NCBI GenBank assembly: GCA_038087875.1
Contig: CM075991.1
Location: 2,046,001 to 2,110,000 of the forward strand
From: Malacoraja senta
Taxonomy: Eukaryota
Length of the DNA stretch: 64,000 nucleotides
Direction of reading: 5' to 3'
Below, piece after piece: positions 12,208 to 22,963 of the stretch. How positions within the stretch are numbered: the first letter of the stretch is position 1; the number at the start of each line of letters is the position of its first letter. A model generated the notes under the pieces. The model was not told the DNA's origin, ran no database searches, and was given only the letters and a program-made list of their open reading frames with translations. Made by a program: the position numbers and the translations under genes.

Positions 12208-15200
12208 GTACATACTGCTCTCTTTTCTCTTATGATTCACACCTTCCAACAAAGGCCTGTGCCAGCTACTGCTTCTAAAGAGGGAGCCCGCACTAAATTC
12301 ATCCTTTTTGCCAGCCGGTGTGTGGTTGGAGGGGGGGGGAGAGGGCCAGAAGCCAAAGGGCCTGCCCCCGCCAATTGGGCCCGCGTTTGCCCCTGTTCAC
12401 TCTGCAGGCCTGCAGTCTCCCTGTGCATTTGCCATCGGTTTACACCCAGACATTGACAGGACTAGTGGCGTTTCCGCGTCGCGAGTTGCGTCTGGCGAAG
12501 GCAGGAGACAGGTTACGGGGTGAAGGCAGGAGAAAAAAGATTAGGAGGGAGAGAGTTTTCAAGAGAGAGTTAAACATAGCTCTTAGGACCAACGGAATCA
12601 AGGGATATGGGGAGAAAGCAGGAACGGGGTACTGATGTGTAGGAAAGAACTGCAGATGCTGGTTTAAATCGAAGGTAGACACAAAATGCAGGAGTCATTT
12701 AGGATGATCAGCAATGATCATATTGAAAGGCGAAGGGCCGAATGGCCTACTCCTGCACCTATTTTCTATGTAGATCGGCTATGATAGAATGGCGGAGTAG
12801 ACTTCATGGGCCGAATGGCCTAATTCTACTCCTATCACTTATGACCTTATAACTGCACTCATGTGAAAGCGGCCAGGGTTCGGTTATGGTTTGTTATTGT
12901 CACCTGTGCCAAGGTACAGTGGAAAGCTTTGTTCTCCATGCTATCCGGGTACATCAGATAATACTGCACAGAAATATAATCGTCAAACTCAATTACAAGA
13001 GGTGGAGCAAAGGGGAAGATACAGAGTGCAGAATATAGTTCTCAGCATTGTAGCGCACTAGTTCCAGAGACAAAGTCCAATGTCGCAATGGGGTAGAGGT
13101 GAATCGGACAGTACCCGAGCTTATGGAAGGACCGACCGTTCAGAAGCCCGATAACAGAGGGGAAGAAGCTGTTCCTGAGTCTGGTGATGCGGGCTTTCAA
13201 GCTTCTGCATCTTCTGCCGGACGGGAGCTGGAAGAGAAGGAATGATGAGTCATTGATTATGTTGGCTGCTTTCTCGAGACAGCGTGAAGTGTAGATGGTG
13301 GTGTCAGTGATGGGGGCATCTGGTCTGTGTGATGGATTGGGCTACATGTACAACACTCTCCAATGTCTAGCGGTAGACAGTTGGTGAGTCGGAGAGAGTC
13401 CCGACTTAGCCCCCATTTTGGAAGATGTAGCTGCCATCCCACCTCGTGGTAAACCCATGGGCCTTGCACAGGGGGGGGGGAGGGGCGGACCGGTCTGACC
13501 GCTTTCGGTGCCTTCAGTGCCCGTAAATCTGAGCGGCTCCTCGCTTCAAGAAGCAGCGTGCCAACCCCAGGGCCGACTAACTCAGAGATGGCCGGCGCAG
13601 GTCTGTCAGGCTGCACGGTGTCAGGCCAATGACCGATGCCTACTGCCTGCTCGACCCTGCTCCAGAGCCGTGCCGGGTTAGCCAGCGTTGGAGTGTGTAC
13701 CGACTTTTGTTGGAAATGGAAACAAAAAAAAAAGCATTTTCTTGGGGTTGTTGTGGTTGTGTATTTTTGCATGAACTCTGTGCCAACTTACTACTTCCTG
13801 CACCGCATACCCAACCCCTCGGGCATGCCCGTTGATGCCACTTCATTCCTCTGTTGAAGTGACTATCAACGGCACGTTGGCAAGAAGCTGATAATTGGCA
13901 GCAGGGGGGGAAGTTGCCATGTTGGGTCAACCGTGGTGAAGCATGGGTCAACCATGGTCAACCATGGCCCCGGCATGGGTCAACCTTCCTCAATTATCAG
14001 TGGCATCTCCACGCACTTGCAAACGTGGACCTCTTTGAGATGAGGGGGGGGGGGCGAGTTGGTGAGCCTTTAACAAACTTTAGTTCACGTGTGGGATGAG
14101 GGGGAGGCAGCTTGCACTTTTGCACAATCTTTTTAAATCTTTGCATATTCAGCACGCTTCATTTGTTGTGCGCGACATTTAAAAAATATATATATATGTA
14201 GAACAGAAATCTGTCACTGCAAAGGTCGATTTACGGGGTTGGATTCCTGTCTCAGGTACAGTCTCCTGTTTGTTCTCGCAGCTGAATTAATTAAAAAAAC
14301 GCTGTTCTTGTGTCCGCAGAGTAAACCCTGAGGTAAACACGGACACTGGGCATTAAGCTCGTTAAGTTGTCGGGGCAGTAGGATTGACGCAGCTTGCCAG
14401 GTGCAAAAACTTTGCTTCAGTTTCGTGTGCTGCCAAGAGTCGAGAGTGTTTTATTGCCATGTGTCCCAGATAGAGCAAAGAAATTCTTACTTACAGCAGC
14501 ACAACACAATATCTAAACACACTGCACTAGTAAACAGTATAATAAACGAGAAATACAAGTTCAGTGTGTGTGTGTGTATATACGCAGGCACGCACACGTA
14601 CACATAGAAAACATACAATATGAACAAACAACTGACGGTCATATGTTGATAGAATGGAGCAGTTGGCCTTGTACACTCTGGAGTTTAGAAGGAAGAGAGG
14701 GTTCCTTATTGAAACATATTAATGGTTTGGACACACCAGAGGCAGGAAACATGTTCCCAATCTTGGGGGAGTACAGAACCAGAGGCCACAGTTTAAGAAT
14801 AAGGGGTAAGCCATTTAGAACGGAGACGAGGAAACACTTTTTCTCACAGAGAGTTGTGAGTCTGTGGAATTCTCTACCTCAGAGGGTGGTGGAGGCAGGT
14901 TCTCTGGATACTTTCAAGAGAGAGCTAGATATGGCTTATAAAGATAGCGGAGTCAGGGGATATGGGGAGAAGGCTGGAACGGGGTACTGATTGGGGATGA
15001 TCAGCCATGATCACACTGAATGGCGGTGCTGGCTCCTGCACCTATTATCTATTGTCTATTGACTAATAGAAAGGATGTTGTCAAGCTGGAAGGGGAGCAG
15101 AGAAGATTTACGAGGATGTTGCCAGGACTCGAGGGCCTGAGCTACAGGGAGAGGTTGAGTAGGCTAGGGCTTAATTCCTTGGAGTGCAGGAGGATGCGGG

Positions 15201-16118
15201 GTGATCTTATAGAGATGTATAAAATCATGAGGGGAATAGATAGGGTACTGATTGTGAATGATCAGCCATGATCACATTGAATGGCGGTGCTGGCTCGAAA
15301 GGCCGAATGGCATACTCCTGCACCTATTGTCTATTGTCACATACGTACGCACAAAAAAACAATCAATAATAGTCCAATGATAACAATATTAGTCTTATGG
15401 TTCTGAGCTTATTTGGAGGTTGGAGTGTTTAATAGCCAAATGGCTGTTGGGAAGAAGCTGTTCCTGCACCTGGACCTTACACGGGTTCTTATATTGTGAC
15501 TCGAAGGTGCCAGAAACATGTCGACTCGTGTACGGACAGTGTGGTCTACTGCCTTACACTCCAGTACTCCAGTATGGTTGTGCCTAATGTATAGAAGGAT
15601 TGTCACTGAAGTGTAAGCAAACATGCATTTTCACTGTACTTACTTACAAGTACCAATAACGTACCATTGAACCTTGATACTATCTGATCAGATTGGATAG
15701 CACGCAAAAGAAAGGTTACATGACAATTGTAAACCTAAATCTCTCTCTCGCTCTCTCCCCCTCTCTGTCTCGCTCGCTCACCCTCTGTCTGTCTCTCTCC
15801 CCCTCCTTCACTCTACCCGCACTCTCTCTCGCTCTCTATACCCTCTCCTCCGCTCCCTTTCCCTCTCTTCCCTCTGTCTCTCCCCCTCCCCTTCTCTCTT
15901 CTCTATCCCTCTCCCCTCTCTCCTCCTCCCCTCCCTTTTTCCTCTCTCTTCCCTCCCTCTCCCCCTCTCCCCTTCACTCTTATCTATCCCTCTATCTCTC
16001 TCCTCCCTCTCCCTCCTCCACTCCCTCTCCTCTCTCTCTTCCCTCTCTCTACCCTCTCTCACTCTTGTCTCTCTCCAACCTCTCTCTCTCTCTCCATGCC
16101 CCCGTGGCCCTCTCCCAG

Positions 16119-16309
16119 AGCGATCCCCTCACCGGCCCATTCTCGAGGCGGGCCTGCCTTCCAACAAGACGGTGACGGTGGGCAGCGATGTGGAGTTTAT
16201 GTGCAAGGTCTACAGCGACTCCCAGCCCCACATCCAGTGGCTCAAGCACATCATGGTCAACGGCAGCAGCTTCGGGCCCGATGGCTCTCCCTACATCCAA
16301 GTGCTGAAG
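16119..16309 (+). CDS. FGFR1: FGFR1-like exon IIIa, copy 3
   Basis: AG/GT-bounded, 191 bp: (E)[63 protein letters not shown]. Confidence 0.93.
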
Positions 16310-19197
16310 GTACGTCCTTGGCCGCCAGCTTTGGCCAGTCTAGGCTTGGATGAGGTGGGGGCGGTCAACCCAGATGACCGCCCGTGGGTCGGCATAGACA
16401 CGATGGGCCGAATGGCCCGTTTCCACTCTGTACCACTATCTGCCATGGTGTAGATCCACGGGTGAACAAACGTTGCAGATAGGTTTCCTATGGTTGGGCG
16501 TAGACACGATGGGCCGAATGGCCCGTTTCCACGCTGTACCACTATCTGACATGGTTGGACCACGGGTGGGGCAATCATTGCAGATGGGTTTCCTATGGGT
16601 GGGCATAGACTTAATGGGCTGAATGGCCTGTTTCCACACTGTACGCCTCTATTGGACAACCCGCCCAGGTGCGTTTGATCATTGGACGAGGTGGGGGGCG
16701 GTCAATGCACATGGGTTCCCATGGGTGGGCATGGACATAGTGGGCCGAATGGCCTGCTATCAGGCTATATGACTAGATCAGACTGGCTGCCCATGTGTGT
16801 GCTTCATCTGATTTGGCATGAATGAGGGGGAGGGGGGAGACAGTAAGTGAAGATGGCTACCCGTGGGTCGGCATGACCAAGTGGGCTGAATGGCCTGTTT
16901 CCAGGCTGTAGGGCGTTTCCCCCGACAATGTGGATGAGGTGTGGGTGCAAGAGGGAACAGGCTGCTTGGGACTGTCCCCAGAGAGTGCTCATGGCTGCCC
17001 CTGGAGGTTGGAGGGGTACAAGACATCATTAGAGTGTCGTCTGCTCAGAGCTGCTCATCCTGATATTAACCCTCGCTAGCAGGGGAGAGTTAAAGAGCCC
17101 TTCCCTCCTGTCCACAGTCACGTTCGCCTAGTGTTAGGCGACCAGGGTGGCACGGTGGCGCAGCGGGTAGAGACGCTGCCTCACAGAGCCAGAGAGTTAG
17201 CTTCGATCCTGACCTCGGGTGCTGTCGGTGTGGAGTTTCCACGTTCTCCTGTGACCACTAGGTTTGCTCCGGGTGCTCCGATTTCCTCCCACATCCCAAA
17301 GACGTGCGGGCTCGTAGGTTAATTGCCCCTAGTGTGTAGGGAGTGGATGAGAAAGTGGGATTACGTGGAACTGGTGATCGATGGTTAGCGTGGACTCGGC
17401 GGGCAGAAGGGCCTGGGTTCCATGCTGTATCTCTGAACTAAACTGGTGTAAACCGTGGTTTAATTCCCCTTCAAGGTGTCAGTGGCTTCAAGGGACCATC
17501 TTTGCCCATTGCAACTGAGGGCGATGGAAAGATATCAAAGAGCGTGGACACTGGGTGGGGTTTGCTCTGTGCACCGATCAGCTGTGACCCTCTTCTGCCC
17601 TCGACCTTCCCCGGAGACAGCCCAGGGGTACCCGATCTCTCGTCCTCCCTCCCCCGTCCTGGAAATACCAACGGGTTCCTTGGAGATGAAAGGCGAGGGC
17701 CTCTGAGGGCAGATTATCCCAGGGATCAGAAGTGTGATGTGACAGTGCTGGAGTTCACCGCTATAAACCCATCATTGATCAGACATCCCAAAGCAAAATG
17801 CCGCAGATGCTGAAAATCTAAACATAAAGCCCACGAACACCGGGCGCCAATGTAGAGTTGCTGCCTCACAGCGCCAGAGACCCGGGTTCGATCCTGACTA
17901 CGGGTGCTGTCTGTACGGAGTTTGTACGTTCTCCCCGTGACCCGCGTGGGTTTCCTCCGGGTGCTCCGGTTTCGTCCCACACCCCACAACGACATGCGGG
18001 TTTGTTGGTTAATCGGCCCTCTGTAAATTGCCCCTAATGTGTAGGGAGTGGATGAGAAAGTGGAATAACATAGAACTCGTGTGAATGGTCGGCATGGACT
18101 CAGTGGGCCGAAGGGCCTGTTCCGTGCTGTATCTCTAAACTAGAAAAATTGCTACAATTCTTTAAGTCGAGATAGCCTCTGCTTTGACGGCAGATGGGTG
18201 ATGTTGGGGGTGTCAGTGTGACTGCTGGCCCTTCAGTCCCCCTGTGATGATCTTGCCCCCCTAGTGGGTTGGGGAGAGTGTGTGGGTGGGGGGGGGGGTG
18301 GGGGTAGCCGCCACTTCGGCAGGGTAGTGGTCTCCAGGTCACGGCGGGCAAAGACCCAAGCTGGTGCCAGCTCCGAACGCCGGGCGCGGGCCCCACCCGA
18401 ACCGTGGACCATGTACAACGCAGAACAAGGCCGTTCAACCCCTGTACTCTGTGTTGGCCAACACAGAGCTGCCCGCTCCCCTTACCACTGTGGCCCTGCA
18501 GGATGGGAACGGATTGGAAGGATGTGGGCAAATGGGGCTATCATAGACGGGGCATCTTGGACGAGTTGGGCCGGAGGGTGCTGCCTCGGTGCTGTACGAC
18601 TATGAGAGGCCATGGCACTGAAAATATCTCCTCATCTCCCACCAAGTCACTTGAAGGTTCCTCAGGCCCCAGCGACGTGGGAAGTCCTGTCCCTCTGATC
18701 ACCAGTTGATCTGACGAGCTGGGACAAACAGCTTCTCCCTCACAACCTGCGTCAGGCAATCGGTTTCCTTGTGATCGGCCTGGATCCATGCACACGCCAA
18801 CCCTCACCTCTGCTCTTTGACTCGCTCACTCCAACTCTGATAAGGCCAAGATTGTTTTTTTTTAAAAATTAAATATCCTCACAGGATATCCCGTAGCAGT
18901 GAAGACAGCCAGCTGGTTGGGTTATTGAACGACAGCCAGTGTTCTGGACCATTGATTCACAGAAACAAGGTTCATTGGCCATTTAAGCGCTGGGTGGCTT
19001 CTTCTTGGGTCACCTAGGGAGGTATGACATCAGCCTGGGGCCCAGCACTCGTGAAATCTCTCCCACCCACATCCCCACCCCCACAATGGAAAAATCCCTC
19101 CTGCCTTCCCCGGGTGGTCAGCATGGACTTGGTGGGCCGAAGGGCCCGTTTCCATGCTGTATCTCTAATCAGGAACCAACCTAAACACAACATGAGG

Positions 19198-19332
19198 TTG
19201 TGTAGGAAGGAACTTCAGATGCTGGTTTACACCGAAGACAGACACAATGTGCTGGAGTAACTCAGCGGGTCTGGCAGCCCCTCCGGAGTAAAGCAATAGG
19301 TGACGTTTCGGGTCGAGACCCTTCTTCAGACA
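19198..19332 (-). repeat. Penelope pLTR-derived dispersed repeat, representative copy (many others, e.g. ~36990-37450, 40690-41190, 47620-48030, 55260-56000, 56845-56965, 57895-57985, 59963-60058)
   Basis: Recurrent AAGGAACTGCAGATGCTGG...GCTGGAGTAACTCAGCGGGTCAGGCAGCATCTCTGGAG...TGACGTTTCGGGTCGAGACCCTTCTTCAGAC. Confidence 0.7.
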
Positions 19333-20494
19333 GAGTCAGGGGAGAGGGAAACTAGAGGTATGGGAGATGAACAGAAGAACAGAAGGCAGGGTGGGTTAAT
19401 TTGCTGTAATTTGCCCCCATTGTGGTAGCATCACAGGGGAGTTGATGGGAGAGCAAAACGGGCTGAGTGTAAGTGGGCAGTCAATGGGTCAGCATGGGCT
19501 CAGTGGGCCGAAGGGGCTGCCTTCATGCTGTTTGACTCTGTGACTAACGGAAGTCTTGCCCAACCGAGTCATCAATCTCCATGATGTCCAACAGCCAGCG
19601 TCACAGGGCGTGTAGCATAACTCCAGGACTATCGTGGACGTGAAGGAAAATGGCCGAACTCCTGGTGTACAGTGGTGACGGTGCCTCTGGTCAACTGGTT
19701 GGGATGACCAGGAAACAAGGCCCTTCGGCCCATGCAGTCCATGTTACCTACCGGTGGAAGGATGGGGGGGGGGCGAGGAGTGGAGTGAATTTGCCAGTGT
19801 TGGGGTATCAAACAGGAAAGATGAATTTGGCCGGGCCCTCAACAGTCAAGAGGGCTCCGAGCTGTGGCATGGGGGTCCCACAGAGGGGACAACCTCACCT
19901 TTACACCTCCCTACCCCTATCGCCCATCTGGGTCCGCCACGACGTAGAGCTTTCCTTCCGTCGCCTCTGCCTCCGTGCTTTTTACTATGTGAAGGAATCC
20001 TCACCACCCAGTGATGGCCCCTTCTCCCGTCTCCCCCTCCTCATGGACCCCCCCCCCCCCCCCCCCCGGACAACCTCCCTCCCTCTCTAGGCCTCTCTGT
20101 TTTGAACAGATTAAGGGGTAGGCCATTTAGGACTGAGATGAGGAAAAATGTTTTCACCCAGAGAGTTGTGAATCCGTGGAATTCTCTGCCATAGAAGGCA
20201 GTGGAGGCCAATTCACTGGATGTCTTCAAGAGAGAGTTAGATTCAGCTCTTAGGGCTAATGGAATCAAGGGATATGGGGAGAAAGCAGGAATTGGGTACA
20301 GATTGTGGATGATCATAGTGAATGGCGGTGCTGGCTCGAGGGGGCCGAATGGCCTGCTCCGGAATCTATTTCTATGTTTCTGTGCCACTGCCTCGGTCTG
20401 GTCACATCAGTGCAGGGCGGGCCCGGGGTTTGTGTGTTCACTGATGTCTCTTGTTCACGGCTACAATCAACGTTCTCTCATTCATCTGTTCTAG

Positions 20495-20639
20495 CATTCG
20501 GGGATTAATAGTTCGGATGCGGAGCTACTGACTCTGTTCAATGTGACTGAAGCCGACACCGGGGAGTATGTTTGTAAAGTTTCCAATTATATTGGTGAGA
20601 CCAATCAGTCGGCCTGGCTCACTGGCCCACAGTTGGAAG
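20495..20639 (+). CDS. FGFR1: FGFR1-like alternative exon IIIb (only copy in the window, 145 bp)
   Basis: ttctAG...GTAATG. Translates HSGINSSDAELLTLFNVTEADTGEYVCKVSNYIGETNQSAWLTGPQLE, matching FGFR1 IIIb; not in the supplied ORF track. Confidence 0.9.
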
Positions 20640-20801
20640 GTAATGCCCACAGCCTGGCACCGCCTCAGAGACACCGGGCGAGCAAGGGTTAACTGATCTT
20701 GGACGAGTGGGTGAACTCTTCCATTCTGTGATGATGGGACAAGTCTGTGGTCTTTCCCCCCCTTAATTTTCCTGCTGTTTATGTGCAAACCCAATGATGA
20801 A

Positions 20802-20821
20802 CATGGAAAAATGCCCACAAT
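20802..20821 (+). promoter_or_regulatory. IAS2/ISE-2-like intronic splicing element downstream of exon IIIb
   Basis: CATGGAAAAATGCCCACAAT matches the FGFR2 IAS2 motif as I recall it, and is complementary to 22520-22542. Confidence 0.75.
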
Positions 20822-21250
20822 TCCAAAGGACAGTCGCTGCCCCCACTCACTCTCTGTCCTGCCCTGCCCTCTGCTCGCTGTCTTCTGGGGAGAGAGGGCT
20901 GAGGGCAAACCTGGCGAGTGAATCGGCCCCACACCTCTCTCACTCTCCCCTTCTTTCTCCCTCTCTTTCTCTCTCAGTCTCCCTCTTTCTTCCTCCCTCT
21001 CTCCCTCTCTCCCTCTCTCTCTCTCTCTCTTCCTCCTCTCTTTCTCTCTGTCCCCCCTCTCTCTTTCCTCCTTGTTACCCCTCTTTCCTCCCCCTCTCTC
21101 CCTTTCTCTCTCCATCTCTCTACCTCCCCCTCCGCCTCTCTCTCTCCTTCTCCCTCACTTGTTCCTTCTCACTCTCTCCCCCAACCTCACACCCCCACTC
21201 TCCCCCCCCCCTCCCACCCCTCCTCGCCATCCACTCTCTCCCCCCCTCAT

Positions 21251-21575
21251 GGGTGGCACAGTGGCGCGGCGGTAGAGCTGCTGCCTCACAGCGCCAGTGA
21301 CCCGGGTTCGATCCTGACTTCAGGTGCTGCCTGTGTGCGGAGTTTGCACGTTCTCCCTGTGCCCGTGTGGGTTTTCTCCAGGTGCTCCGGTTTCCTCCCA
21401 CATCCCAAAGACGTGCAGGTTTGTAGGTTAATTGGCCCTCAGTAAATTGCTCCTAGAGTGTAGGGAGTGGAAGTGGGGTAACACAGAACTAGTGTAAGCG
21501 GGTGATCGGTGGCTGGCGTGGATTCGATGGGCCGAATGTCCTGCTTCCATGCTATATAACTAAACTAAACTAAAC
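21251..21575 (+). mobile_element. tRNA-derived V-SINE (HE1-like), representative copy; others at approx. 1225-1525, 1930-2220, 9517-9815, 10225-10520, 17146-17445, 17850-18142, 33321-33545, 38580-38850, 53565-53850, 53973-54300, 57480-57780 (+) and 32905-33215, 54680-54990, 56080-56390, 56965-57290 (-)
   Basis: A box GGTGGCGCAGCGGTAG and B box GGTTCGATCC, central GGAGTTTGCACGTTCTCCC...GGTTTCCTCCCACA domain, CR1-like tail and (TAAAC)n end. Confidence 0.85.
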
Positions 21576-22519
21576 TTGAGGCTGAGTGGGTTAGTAGGCC
21601 TCTGTAACAAGCTGTACTGCCCTATAATACCCCTGGCCTTATTGGTTGGTGGATTGGGCACGTTGTCCTTCCCCGGTGCTTCTAAACCAAGAGAGCTCTT
21701 GGAATTCAAAGTTCTCCCCAACACCACAAATGCCGTCTCACACATCCGAGTACAGTCACGTGTACTTGGCCGGTAGCTGGGCCTCTGCGATTGTCCAGTG
21801 TAGGGGGGATATCTGTGGCCTGGCCACCCACAACCTCCAGGGGCAACAGAGGCCGATGGAAGGTGGCAATACAGATCCACTGGAGGAGCGCTAATCCTGA
21901 GGGAAAAGGCACTTGGTTGGTAACTGGGTCATTGATAGCGTCGGGTGTACGGGGAATATCTGCGGCCTGGAGTCCCACAATATGTTTTACCTGCCCGGCC
22001 TGGGCAACAGAGGGAGTTGAAAGGCACCAATGCTGGTCCACTCGTGACAAGCTAATCCTGAGGGAACTCTCCAGGGAAAAACAAGGCAGCTTCTCAAAAG
22101 TCCCAAAGAACCAAAGACCTACAGGTTGTAGGTTAATTGGCTTGATATAAATGTAAAATTATCCCTAGTATGTGTAGGAATAGTGTAAGTGTGCGGGGAT
22201 CACTGGTCAGTGCAGACTCGGTGGGCGGAAGGGCCTGTTTCCGCGCTGTATCTCTAAGCTTCTTAGGGCTAAAGGGATCAAGGGATATGGGGGAAAAGGC
22301 AGGAAGGGGGTACTGATTTTAGATGATCAGCCATGATCATATTGAATGGTGGTGCTGGCTTGAAGGGCAGAATGGCCTACTCCTGCACCTTTTTGTTTTC
22401 TAACTAAGCCGGGAGCTAACCTTCGAGGATTTCATCCGCCCAATTTCTCGGCGAGCCACTCAAGTGCCATTCGTTGCCTCTCTTCTTCCTTTCAGCCTCT
22501 CCCCCGGCCCGTCCCGTGG

Positions 22520-22542
22520 ATTGTGGCTCCATTTTCTCCATG
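22520..22542 (+). promoter_or_regulatory. ISAR/IAS3-like intronic splicing element upstream of IIIc (orphan copies at 2506-2528 and 11764-11786)
   Basis: ATTGTGGCTCCATTTTCTCCATG; its reverse complement CATGGAGAAAATGGAGCCACAAT aligns with the IAS2-like motif. Confidence 0.7.
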
Positions 22543-22818
22543 CGTCCCATCGCTCGCTTGCGGAGATGGGCTTGGTCAAAAACCAAAATTGTGGTGGGTT
22601 TTAACACGTAACATGAGGACCTGTTTTGCTTCCTAGGGACAGGTGTGGACTCCTGCAGTCCTGGAAGGTCACCTGCCAGCCAGGTGTTGCTTTATGCCCA
22701 TGGACCTCCCTGGGAGGTGGGGCGAGTGTGACCAATAACAGCGGTGTCCGTCTATGTCTGGCTCTCCACAGTTCTCGTCTCATCTGCTTGCCCCGTTTGC
22801 TTCCGTTTTCTCTTCTAG

Positions 22819-22963
22819 ACGGCTAGTGTTAACACAACGGATCAAGAAATGGAGGCTCTCTATTTACGGAAAGTTACTTTTGAGGATGCGGGGCAGTATA
22901 CATGCTTGGCGGGTAATTCTATTGGGATATCCCACCACTCTGCATGGTTGACAGTTCTTCAAG
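22819..22963 (+). CDS. FGFR1: FGFR1-like exon IIIc, copy 3
   Basis: AG/GT-bounded, 145 bp: [48 protein letters not shown]. Confidence 0.93.

Larger units (their letters stand above)
7609..15247 (+). repeat. Tandem duplication unit 2 (7639 bp; IIIa + IIIc)
   Basis: The same junction sequence occurs at 7608/7609 and 15247/15248. Confidence 0.9.

Noticed and set aside
15693..16175. Ser/Leu/Pro-rich or Arg/Glu-rich ORFs (also 20525-21445 and 37430-37684)
   Set aside because: Translations of CT/GA low-complexity tracts.
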